DNA of 64,000 nucleotides, from IMG/VR virus record IMGVR_UViG_3300017714_004846; one strand, 5' to 3'. A program made the position numbers and the translations under genes. The notes under the pieces were generated by a model. It saw only the letters and a list, made by a program, of their open reading frames with translations, was not told the origin of the DNA and did not search any database. This stretch comes from an uncultured virus (IMG/VR IMGVR_UViG_3300017714_004846) (lineage: Duplodnaviria; Heunggongvirae; Uroviricota; Caudoviricetes). Numbering within the stretch: position 1 is the first letter of the stretch; every line of letters starts with the position of its first letter. Shown piece after piece: positions 55,422 to 63,764 of the stretch.

Positions 55422-56174
55422 TTAATCCTTGGCCTTCTTGTTATTTAAGGTTAAGCCAAGGTCGGGGGCCAATTTTTGTGCTTCCTTTTGTTCTTTCCAA
55501 TATTCGGTGGATACTCTCAAATACCAATCCCATGTGCTGGTGTCCAGCCCACGGCTACGCAATAATTGTCTACGGAACCACTCTACATTGTCTACTGTGA
55601 TTTCAATTCCCAATCTCATAAGTTGGTTGCAAATCAGAGCATCGGAGCCAGAAAATAACCAATATTGCACGAAAACTTCGGCCATAGGTTTGTCCATATC
55701 AAATTCTATATTGGGTAATGAATCAACAAAAGTCCAATCATTGAGCATCACATATCGGACATCCCAAGTTTGAAATGGTGGCACATAAACATTGGGTTCT
55801 AACAAATATCCATAATTGGAAGTCAAATCTTTAGGATAGGGACTGGCATCACCAGAAATACCCCAAGATTTGATATTTTCAGGGTTTTGATAATAATGGG
55901 TGGTATCTACTACAATTTGCACGAAACCATTCGGGCGGTAATTGGAAACTTTAATGGGTGATAAACCTTTAGAAACAATGTTAGAGCAAACTCCGGGTGT
56001 AGAGCCGAAATCATCAATTACCACAAAAAAATCTTCTCTTACCAGTGCGGTTTCAGTGATATTATCTCCATAGCCTCCTGTGAAGATAGAAAATTGGTCG
56101 CCGGGTTGTGGCAAATTGCTTCCAGTGGCATCGGGGGTCAGCGTCCAAAGATAAATTTGTTTAGTAATCATCAA
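55422..56174 (-). CDS. probable structural protein, paralog A2
   Basis: Shares G.YG.N, VDTT.Y..NP, GISG.ASP, YV.P.QTW.V.Y, LF.GSDAL with 56171..56947. Confidence 0.8.
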   Translation of the reverse strand: MMITKQIYLWTLTPDATGSNLPQPGDQFSIFTGGYGDNITETALVREDFFVVIDDFGSTPGVCSNIVSKGLSPIKVSNYRPNGFVQIVVDTTHYYQNPENIKSWGISGDASPYPKDLTSNYGYLLEPNVYVPPFQTWDVRYVMLNDWTFVDSLPNIEFDMDKPMAEVFVQYWLFSGSDALICNQLMRLGIEITVDNVEWFRRQLLRSRGLDTSTWDWYLRVSTEYWKEQKEAQKLAPDLGLTLNNKKAKD

Positions 56175-56947
56175 ATAAACCTCCGTGGCACAGTTTTTCG
56201 GACTGTTTCCAATTCTTCTTGGTCGGAAATATCCTTTTCCAGTTTCATACGAATTAACATTCTTTTGTGAGCCATCACATTTTCTATATTTACGGGAATA
56301 TTTTGCTCCAATAAGTGATTGGCTACCAGTGCATCACTACCATCAAATAAAACATATTCAAAATAGCAACGAGGAATAAAACAATCTCCTTCATCCAGAG
56401 GAATTGAAGCATTAACTGTGTAATCCCAATTTAAAATGGCTGAACCTCCTTCTTTGTCATAAACTGTGAGTGAGGGTGTCAAATCATTAAGGGTGTAATA
56501 GACTCCCCAAGTTTGACCCGGCAAAACATAAACAGGAGTGGCACTTTGATAATAACTGGGGCTCAATGCCTGTGGAACATATCTTCTTCCTCCTGATGGT
56601 CCAAAAGGAGAAGCATTTCCCGAAATTCCTTGGCTCACAGAACGGTCGGGATTCAAAAAATACTGAGTAGTATCTACCCAAATATTTGCAGTTGCGGCTG
56701 GAGGCCATAATGAAATCTCATCAATAACAATAAATTGTGTGGCTTTAACATAGCCCGGGATGTCTAAATTATTTCCATAATCTCCTACGAAAACATCTAC
56801 CTTGGCCCTATTTCCTGCGGTCCAAGCGGGAATCGCAGGTTGAGAACTTAACACAGGGTCTAAATTAAGAACTACTGCTCCCTGATTATTGGCATAATCC
56901 AAATCTGGAACTACGGCTCTCCATTCATATGCTTGTCGCCGCATCAT
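56171..56947 (-). CDS. probable structural protein, paralog A1
   Basis: Paralog of 55422..56174; promoter ttcaaatagca 56967-56977 (minus). Confidence 0.8.
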   Translation of the reverse strand: MMRRQAYEWRAVVPDLDYANNQGAVVLNLDPVLSSQPAIPAWTAGNRAKVDVFVGDYGNNLDIPGYVKATQFIVIDEISLWPPAATANIWVDTTQYFLNPDRSVSQGISGNASPFGPSGGRRYVPQALSPSYYQSATPVYVLPGQTWGVYYTLNDLTPSLTVYDKEGGSAILNWDYTVNASIPLDEGDCFIPRCYFEYVLFDGSDALVANHLLEQNIPVNIENVMAHKRMLIRMKLEKDISDQEELETVRKTVPRRFI

Positions 56948-56985
56948 AATTAGAAATAGTCCTTGTTGCTATTTGAACCTTCGGT

Positions 56986-57513
56986 TCAATAAACAGTCTT
57001 TTGAATTTCAATCTCACCAATCAAAGTAATCTTAACTCTAACGGTAGCAACATCAGTTCCGCCAGTTACCATATCGTGAGCGGCAATAGCGATATTATTT
57101 TCTACTGAAATTTGTAGTGGTTGCTGATAAAGCACCAAAACTGGGCTGGTGAAAGCAATATAGCGTTGATTGGTAGGTGCGGGCATCAACAAGCGTTGCA
57201 CAGCAATATCATTAGTGGGAATGCGGTTGCCTCCAACTAAGATTTCCATATCAAAATTTGTGTATGTGCCAAAAGGAGCGGTATTTGGAGCCACATAATT
57301 GTAAAAATAAGGATTGGTCACGGTTTCGGTTTTCAGTTGGTTGCCATCAGCATCCAAAGGAACAATATCAATAGCAAAACCATGAATTCTGACATCTTCA
57401 TTGTTGGCTTGGTTAGTATAAACCGTAGCAATGTTAGTGGTGCCAGCACCAGCAGGAACAGCAAAATCATGCACTGTGGTCAAAATTTTGGGTTCGGGGT
57501 CTTGATTTACCAA
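56986..57513 (-). CDS. all-beta protein, paralog B2 (jelly-roll candidate)
   Basis: NQDP.P...TTVHDF.V, TNQANNE.VR, PV.VL.QQPLQ, GTDVA..R.KI.LI.E..IQK shared with 57524..58012; SD GAGGTGA. Confidence 0.8.
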   Translation of the reverse strand: MVNQDPEPKILTTVHDFAVPAGAGTTNIATVYTNQANNEDVRIHGFAIDIVPLDADGNQLKTETVTNPYFYNYVAPNTAPFGTYTNFDMEILVGGNRIPTNDIAVQRLLMPAPTNQRYIAFTSPVLVLYQQPLQISVENNIAIAAHDMVTGGTDVATVRVKITLIGEIEIQKTVY

Positions 57514-57523
57514 TTAAATCACC

Positions 57524-58012
57524 TCAAGCAGTTCTACGAGCAGCAATCTTCTGGATAGACAATTCAGAGATTAGTGAAATCTTACAGCGAAGTTTAGCAA
57601 CATCCGTTCCAGATGGGTATTGGAAAGCAGCAATTCCAGAATTCGCAGTGATAGTGACTTGAAGTGGTTGCTGGAAAAGAACAATAACTGGGACGGTGAA
57701 ACTCATGGTCTGGTCTACTTGTCCGTAAATCCAAGCAATATCAAAAGAATTTGAGGGAACATTGTTAGGTCCAACACTCATAGTCATGGTAAAATCAGTG
57801 GGCATGGTAAATTTCGGGTCCGTAGTGGAAACCAACTGATTATTTGAACTATCTAAGAGGGTAAAGTCTACGGCAACTGCGTAGACTCGCACTTCTTCGT
57901 TGTTTGCTTGATTGGTAAAAATGGATACGGCATTTTGCGTTCCACTGCTTGTTGCGACATCAAAATCGTGAACAGTGGTATAAACTTCTGGTTGTGGGTC
58001 TTGATTAGCCAT
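57524..58012 (-). CDS. all-beta protein, paralog B1 (jelly-roll candidate)
   Basis: Paralog of 56986..57513; promoter ttgaaatagca 58049-58059 (minus), SD GGAGTGA. Confidence 0.8.
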   Translation of the reverse strand: MANQDPQPEVYTTVHDFDVATSSGTQNAVSIFTNQANNEEVRVYAVAVDFTLLDSSNNQLVSTTDPKFTMPTDFTMTMSVGPNNVPSNSFDIAWIYGQVDQTMSFTVPVIVLFQQPLQVTITANSGIAAFQYPSGTDVAKLRCKISLISELSIQKIAARRTA

Positions 58013-58055
58013 TTTGGAATCACTCCTATGATTTATTTATGTTCTTCTTGCTATT

Positions 58056-58289
58056 TCAATCTATCGTTTTCAAACGGCGATAACCAAACCAAGTCCATCT
58101 GATTAGTAATCCAGCCACCAGAATATCAATGATAGCAAACCACGCCCCATATTTTTGTAGATGAACCAGCATAATTTCTAAAACTTGCTCGGGACTTTTG
58201 AGCCCGTCATTCAGAATTATGGCTAACCAGATACCTGCGCCAATGGTAGCAAAAATGAAAGTTAATACTAACTCCTCCCACCATTTCAT
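58056..58289 (-). CDS. small two-TM membrane protein
   Basis: Two hydrophobic helices; promoter ttatttagca 58309-58318 (minus). Confidence 0.75.
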   Translation of the reverse strand: MKWWEELVLTFIFATIGAGIWLAIILNDGLKSPEQVLEIMLVHLQKYGAWFAIIDILVAGLLIRWTWFGYRRLKTID

Positions 58290-58320
58290 GTTAATACTTC
58301 CGTGCTTCTGCTAAATAAAC

Positions 58321-58803
58321 TTAGTCTTTGAATAAATCTGCTTCCGTTAAATTATCGGGTGGAGGTAAAACTTCCACTTCTGGAGGGGTAACTCCTGCTT
58401 CAGCGGCTCTGACATCAATATATTTACGGGCCAAACCATAAATTTTGGGTGCAAGGTCGTGTAATTCCTCGTCCATGGTCTTTCCATCTTTAGAGGCTTC
58501 TTCTCTGACCAGACCATCCAGACTACTAATAGTGTTCATGGTGCGATAAAATTCGGGTGTGAAAATTGTAGTATAGATTTTACTTAAACGGTCGGCTTGT
58601 CGTTGCGCTTGTATGGCTAACAAAACTGCGCCTAAATTGGTTGCAGTAATGAATCCCAATAATTGCCAAGTCATCCATTCTGTGGGTTTAACAATCAAGG
58701 AAAAACTTTGGATAACAACTTCTACAAAAATTAAAACTCCAATCATCATACGGGTGGTAATAAAATCAGTGGTCACTAAATCATCAAAACTATCTTTACT
58801 CAT
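58321..58803 (-). CDS. two-TM membrane protein
   Basis: ATG 58803 after GGAGG; two hydrophobic segments. Confidence 0.75.
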   Translation of the reverse strand: MSKDSFDDLVTTDFITTRMMIGVLIFVEVVIQSFSLIVKPTEWMTWQLLGFITATNLGAVLLAIQAQRQADRLSKIYTTIFTPEFYRTMNTISSLDGLVREEASKDGKTMDEELHDLAPKIYGLARKYIDVRAAEAGVTPPEVEVLPPPDNLTEADLFKD

Positions 58804-59293
58804 ATACGGGCCTCCTGAATACAATATAGACAATATCATTAGTGGGGGCATAACCTAAATGAACATATCCGTGTTCTTCTACTTCTTGTATGGTTTTCTT
58901 TTCCCAGCGTCTTTCTTTGTCAATAGAAAATATATCCTCTCTGAAAATTCCTTGATTAGATAACATCACAAAATCAGCAATGGTGTAAATGGTGGTTTCT
59001 GTGCCTTGAAAATCCACAGTTTCAAATTCTGTGTCTACGATATTAATCTCCAGATTTTCTAATTGTCGTTCAAAGAAATCTTCTCCTAATTGTCTTTTGA
59101 TGGCATCGGCTACTCCGAATCCTGCTTTGAGGTTTTCTTCAATCACTAACCATTCTCTTTCAGCCAAGTTATCCCAGTGTTGGGCATTGGCCTCATATTC
59201 TCTTCCTATGGTCTGCCTATACCCATCCATATATTGAATCTTCCGAGTGATAATATACTCGGCCCAGATTTCCTCTGGAGTGGCACTGCTCAT
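58796..59293 (-). CDS. hypothetical protein
   Basis: Promoter tcaaatagga 59313-59322 (minus), 29 nt upstream. Confidence 0.8.
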   Translation of the reverse strand: MSSATPEEIWAEYIITRKIQYMDGYRQTIGREYEANAQHWDNLAEREWLVIEENLKAGFGVADAIKRQLGEDFFERQLENLEINIVDTEFETVDFQGTETTIYTIADFVMLSNQGIFREDIFSIDKERRWEKKTIQEVEEHGYVHLGYAPTNDIVYIVFRRPVYE

Positions 59294-59328
59294 GGTTTCT
59301 ATCAGTGATTGTTCCTATTTGAGTGTTC

Positions 59329-60507
59329 TTACTGCTCGGTATCTCTGATGGCTTTAACATTGGGATGTCGGAGGCTTCCAGAATTAGTGTATTCAAAGAA
59401 TTTCACCGTAGCCATTTTTCCTACTATATCATCTCGGTCAGCCCACATTTGTTCACGAGTAGACCTATTCCCCATCGGAGAGGCGGTAAAGGTTCTTCCA
59501 CTATCATCATTGAGTTCCAAAATCCAAACAGGTGTGCCAGCATAGTCGCCTTGACCTTCTGTGTAGCCTACAATTTTAAATTCATCATCCTGAAACGCCT
59601 TAACCTTAAGTAGATTGCTACTACGAGTCGGTCCTAATTTGTAGGGAGAATTAATGTTCCTCAACATCATGCCTTCAAAGCCTTGTTCCGTCAATGCTGC
59701 GTGTGTGGTTTCCACTTCTGCAGGACTGTTAATGCGGAAATTTTCTACATATCTAAGGTTGGGACGGTCTTCCGCAGGAACTTGAGATAGTAATTCTACT
59801 ATCAAACGATAACGGTTAGCGTAAGTCATATCTGTTGGATTTCCTGTGTCATCAAGGATAATCAAATCATAAACATAAAAACCCATACCTTCTAAGTTTT
59901 CTAAATCGGTAGCCGTGTAATTCTTTACCTTTTTTCTCATTAAACCATTAGCAGTTTCAAAATCAATACCATCTTCTTTATCAACATCTGAATGATACAC
60001 TTCGCCATCCAAAATTATGTTAGAGGGAAGGTTGATAGCAATAATTTGTTCCCGAACAGCGTTCATTCCATCCCACAATTTACCGCTTCTACTCATCAAT
60101 ACCACTTGGTCAGGGGTGGGTCTGGAGGCTACACCTCTGGCACCATCAAATTTTCGTTGTCCAATCATAGGCCATTCACACCATTTAGTGCCATTTTGGG
60201 TATCCTTATATTTTTTAGGTAGCATGGGGCGAATCACAACTTGATTCAAAGCATCGGCTTGAGTTAAAACATATCCCATATCCATTTTGCTTAACCATTT
60301 ACTGCGGGCTTCAAAATTGGCTTGCTCACGAATGGTTCTACCTTGTTTTCCAGCAGTGATTAATGAGGGTGCTGTGGTAGTGGTTGTGCCATCAACGAGT
60401 CCATGTTTGGTGATGATTTCCCAGTTATTTCCAGAGGAGGGTCGGGTAATAATTTGCCATTCACGAAGTCTACCGCCGTCTTCCTTATAGAGTTTATCTA
60501 ATACCAT
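59329..60507 (-). CDS. lig: ATP-dependent DNA ligase (compact, virus-type)
   Basis: QRKFDGAR (KxDG), LDGEVY, FYVYDL, EGMMLR, LLKVK, LRHP; promoter ttaaataggt 60527-60536 (minus). Confidence 0.93.
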   Translation of the reverse strand: MVLDKLYKEDGGRLREWQIITRPSSGNNWEIITKHGLVDGTTTTTAPSLITAGKQGRTIREQANFEARSKWLSKMDMGYVLTQADALNQVVIRPMLPKKYKDTQNGTKWCEWPMIGQRKFDGARGVASRPTPDQVVLMSRSGKLWDGMNAVREQIIAINLPSNIILDGEVYHSDVDKEDGIDFETANGLMRKKVKNYTATDLENLEGMGFYVYDLIILDDTGNPTDMTYANRYRLIVELLSQVPAEDRPNLRYVENFRINSPAEVETTHAALTEQGFEGMMLRNINSPYKLGPTRSSNLLKVKAFQDDEFKIVGYTEGQGDYAGTPVWILELNDDSGRTFTASPMGNRSTREQMWADRDDIVGKMATVKFFEYTNSGSLRHPNVKAIRDTEQ

Positions 60508-60541
60508 AAATATCCTACCTTTGCTTACCTATTTAACGATT

Positions 60542-60835
60542 TTACTCCCCTAACTTCCAAAATTTAAGGGACTTCATTCGGTCCCACCACGAGGATTCAT
60601 AACCGAACTTTCGGTGAGCCTGACGCAAATCATCTAACACGAATTCTGATAAAACATTGCCAAATACTGTGGCAAGCACACCCACAATTACACCACCTAT
60701 GATAACTCCATGAATATATTCTCGGCGTTCTTGGACTACCTTAACAGGAGTGGCCTCTTCGGTTTCTTCGGTAGCATAAGTGTGCTGACACGAAGGGCAG
60801 GTCTGATTAGGAAGCATCCGTGGTTTCCTCCCCAT
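60542..60835 (-). CDS. small membrane protein
   Basis: CPSC plus TM GVIIGGVIVGVLATVFG. Confidence 0.7.
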   Translation of the reverse strand: MGRKPRMLPNQTCPSCQHTYATEETEEATPVKVVQERREYIHGVIIGGVIVGVLATVFGNVLSEFVLDDLRQAHRKFGYESSWWDRMKSLKFWKLGE

Positions 60836-61094
60836 TTTTTAAGGACTCAATAACGAAATAACTAATAACCAAAATGGGGACACTGAACAGAGCAATATCG
60901 TGTTTTTCCAGATGTTTAACTGGATTTCCATGTGTTTTAGCGGTGCGACTTAGATTGCCCAAGGTGGACAAAAAGAATGCTAACGAGCCTACTGCGCCCA
61001 ACATGGTTGCTCTCCATGCTTTACGAGCCACATTTTTCTCGGCTTCTTTTTGAGCCTCTACTTTATTAGAAATTTCTGATTTATCGTCTTCCAC
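60807..61094 (-). CDS. small two-TM membrane protein
   Basis: GTG start after GGTGA; two hydrophobic segments. Confidence 0.7.
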   Translation of the reverse strand: MEDDKSEISNKVEAQKEAEKNVARKAWRATMLGAVGSLAFFLSTLGNLSRTAKTHGNPVKHLEKHDIALFSVPILVISYFVIESLKNGEETTDAS

Positions 61095-61098
61095 GCTA

Positions 61099-61689
61099 TC
61101 ACCCAGTAATTTTCTTAACAGCCATACCAATAGAAATCAGTGCTAATCCACCAAAAATGAAAGTGGTGGGTTGTATTTGGTATTTAGCAGAATCAGAATT
61201 TTCGGCTCCAAAGAATTTCTGATACCAAGATTCCGAACCGGGCTGTGTTTCTTCAGTGGGTGAAGTAGTGACTGTGTTGCTGGATGCAGGGTCTGTGGTG
61301 CGGCAACCAAAAGTGGGCCACAATGGATTACAAACACGAGAATTATACATTTTTCGGGAAAAACTACCGGGTGCAACATTGGTAATGTAATTCCAATCTT
61401 GAGGGTCTGCACCTCCAGAGGGCATAATACCAAAAATTCCTGCAAGTCCACTCATAGTCCATGGTAGACCTCCAGCACCATAGGGTTGATAGGCATTTCC
61501 GTCTTGGTTTAAAACCGTATAATTGATTTGCCATGCTGTTCCAGCGGCGGAAGTGGCACCTTTAGAAAGAGGATTACCTGCGGAATCATACCCAATAATT
61601 TCTTCTTTTGCTCCCGATGAGGGGTTGGTGACATAGCAACGACGAGAATAAAGGTCACCCGGGTCGCAAGAAATGTTATATCCAGACAT
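61099..61689 (-). CDS. protein with C-terminal TM preceded by FGAE
   Basis: Starts MSGYNISCDPG; promoter ttaaataaca 61716-61725 (minus). Confidence 0.75.
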   Translation of the reverse strand: MSGYNISCDPGDLYSRRCYVTNPSSGAKEEIIGYDSAGNPLSKGATSAAGTAWQINYTVLNQDGNAYQPYGAGGLPWTMSGLAGIFGIMPSGGADPQDWNYITNVAPGSFSRKMYNSRVCNPLWPTFGCRTTDPASSNTVTTSPTEETQPGSESWYQKFFGAENSDSAKYQIQPTTFIFGGLALISIGMAVKKITG

Positions 61690-61727
61690 AATAACCAAGT
61701 ATATTTGGTTGTTGCTGTTATTTAAAC

Positions 61728-62705
61728 TTACTTCTTGGAATTGCTCCAAGCCCAAACACCGGCTAAACCGATGGCTGCGGTAATCATAGCAATGGTAGCC
61801 TTGCTGAATTTTTCGGGAACTTCATTGAGTGAGTCCACCCCACGAGCCGCATAAATTGTTTCTTCAACATCAGGGCGGTTCATGTAATAGTCCATAGCAA
61901 CAGGGTCATCCATTTCTTGGAATTCTACGATAGAGTCAATAACATCTTCTGCAAATTCATAAGGGAAGGCAACTTCCCACTCATCAGCGTTAGCACCCTT
62001 GGTCACAAATACATATCCATCACGAATATCATCGTCCATAACTTCTTCCAGATAATTTTTGATAGGAGTGTCTACTACGAAAACCTCTCGTCCTTTAGAA
62101 TCTTCAAAGGTGTTATTAACCGATTCAATAACATCATCAAATTCAGCATCCATATCTTCTACGGCCTCATTTAATGCTTCTTGGTCGGCTTTTCCTGCCG
62201 CCATAGGAATTGCGACTTCTTCGGGACTATCGCTGGCAATCGCCTTTTTGAGTCGGCTCAGAGCGGAACCACCTTCTGCACGACCCGCCCAGACATAATC
62301 ATGAGCAGGAAGTGAAGGAACAGCGTCAGTAGCGGAAACAATTTCTCCGCCAGTGTGTTGTCCAATAATTCTACCATCGCCTACTGGGTCAGTAGATGGT
62401 TCGGGAACTAAGAGTTCACCAGAAGATTCTGCTGGTTCGGAGGCTTCGGCTGCAAAGGCAGCAGGGGCTACTTCTTCAGCAGCATACACAGGAAGAGTTT
62501 TGCCCAATTGTTCACAAATTTGGGCTGCTTCTTGAGCCCCAATCATGCTCTGGCACTTGTGTTCTTTGCCAGTGTCGGGGTTGTGATGAAAACCAATAAC
62601 TTGATAACGAGAGCCACCGCCTTTGGTCTTGGTAGCAATGATGTCGCTAACTTCACACTCAACTTTGCGTTTGAGTCCTGTGGAATAGATTTCTCGCATT
62701 ACCAT
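61728..62705 (-). CDS. multidomain acidic protein with small basic N-terminal beta domain and C-terminal TM
   Basis: YAAE, FAAE, GRAE, MDAE borders; N-domain loosely resembles Cren7/DUF5679-type folds (inference). Confidence 0.75.
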   Translation of the reverse strand: MVMREIYSTGLKRKVECEVSDIIATKTKGGGSRYQVIGFHHNPDTGKEHKCQSMIGAQEAAQICEQLGKTLPVYAAEEVAPAAFAAEASEPAESSGELLVPEPSTDPVGDGRIIGQHTGGEIVSATDAVPSLPAHDYVWAGRAEGGSALSRLKKAIASDSPEEVAIPMAAGKADQEALNEAVEDMDAEFDDVIESVNNTFEDSKGREVFVVDTPIKNYLEEVMDDDIRDGYVFVTKGANADEWEVAFPYEFAEDVIDSIVEFQEMDDPVAMDYYMNRPDVEETIYAARGVDSLNEVPEKFSKATIAMITAAIGLAGVWAWSNSKK

Positions 62706-62743
62706 GACTATCACTTGTTCTTTTTACTATTTAGGTTTTGGCT

Positions 62744-63292
62744 TTAGAATCCGAAAGTATCTCTTTGGAAAGAACTTCTCACGGAAACGGGTTGTTGTCC
62801 CATGGCACTACCATAAATTCCTGTGGTATTGGTATTAGGAGAGGCACTTGGGCTCAAAAAGAAGGTGTTTAATCCACCATTAGATTCAGCCCCAAATTTT
62901 TGTTGAGCCTCTTCTGCAGCCTGTGTATCTTCAGCCTCTACCAATTCAGATTCTAATCTTTCCATTTCGGCTTCCGCAGTTTCCAGAATTTCTTCGTATT
63001 TTTCACTCTCTTCATTGGCTTCTAATCCACGGAGCAATCCGCCCAAACCAAATCCTAATGGGAAGAGTCCCATCACAGAAAAAACCATGGGTCGGTAATC
63101 ATATTCACCTTCGGAGGTTAAAAGTTGGTTATCTTGAACAAATTTATCTACTCCCCAAAGTCCTAAACTACAGATTCCCAGTAGGAGAGGGAAACCCACA
63201 GAGGGGTTGCGAAGTTGGTCACGAATAGGAGTAGATTGAACTGATTCTTCCTCAGCGTCAAAAACAGATGAGCGAAGTTGAGCAAAATCCAT
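62744..63292 (-). CDS. two-TM membrane protein with coiled coil
   Basis: FDAE near N-terminus, FGAE after the coil; promoter ttaaataaca 63323-63332 (minus). Confidence 0.8.
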   Translation of the reverse strand: MDFAQLRSSVFDAEEESVQSTPIRDQLRNPSVGFPLLLGICSLGLWGVDKFVQDNQLLTSEGEYDYRPMVFSVMGLFPLGFGLGGLLRGLEANEESEKYEEILETAEAEMERLESELVEAEDTQAAEEAQQKFGAESNGGLNTFFLSPSASPNTNTTGIYGSAMGQQPVSVRSSFQRDTFGF

Positions 63293-63377
63293 GGGTAACC
63301 CTCAAGTATAATTGGTGCGTTTTGTTATTTAAGTTTCTCGGTCACCAACCTTTGATTCGTAAATCAAATTAGGGTAA

Positions 63378-63764
63378 TCAGTTAGCACCGACCGCTGCAC
63401 CACTATAGTTCTGGCCGAAAGACGGATATGATGCCGAAACGCTCATAACATAGGCTGAAAGGTCTGGACCCCACATAATTTGCTCATAAGGACCAGACAT
63501 AGAATGGTTAAGAGTTTGTCCAACGGCTTGTCCATTCATGATTCCTCTTTCGGTGGAAACTTTTTGAATGTCCCCATAATTATTAACAATCTGTTGGTCT
63601 GTGGCAGGGTCTACTAATTCTTCGGTGTCAGCACCAAAGGATTCTTTAGAAACACGGTATCCCGCTCTGGCAGCATAGGCAATGACAAACGAAGCCAAAG
63701 CAAGGCTTCCGATGTTAAGCAGTGCGTCTTTTAGAGCCAAGATATACACCTCAGTTATCGCCAA
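63378..63764 (-). CDS. membrane protein
   Basis: N-terminal TM then FGAD; true start possibly TTG 63740 after GAGGTG. Confidence 0.7.
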   Translation of the reverse strand: MAITEVYILALKDALLNIGSLALASFVIAYAARAGYRVSKESFGADTEELVDPATDQQIVNNYGDIQKVSTERGIMNGQAVGQTLNHSMSGPYEQIMWGPDLSAYVMSVSASYPSFGQNYSGAAVGAN

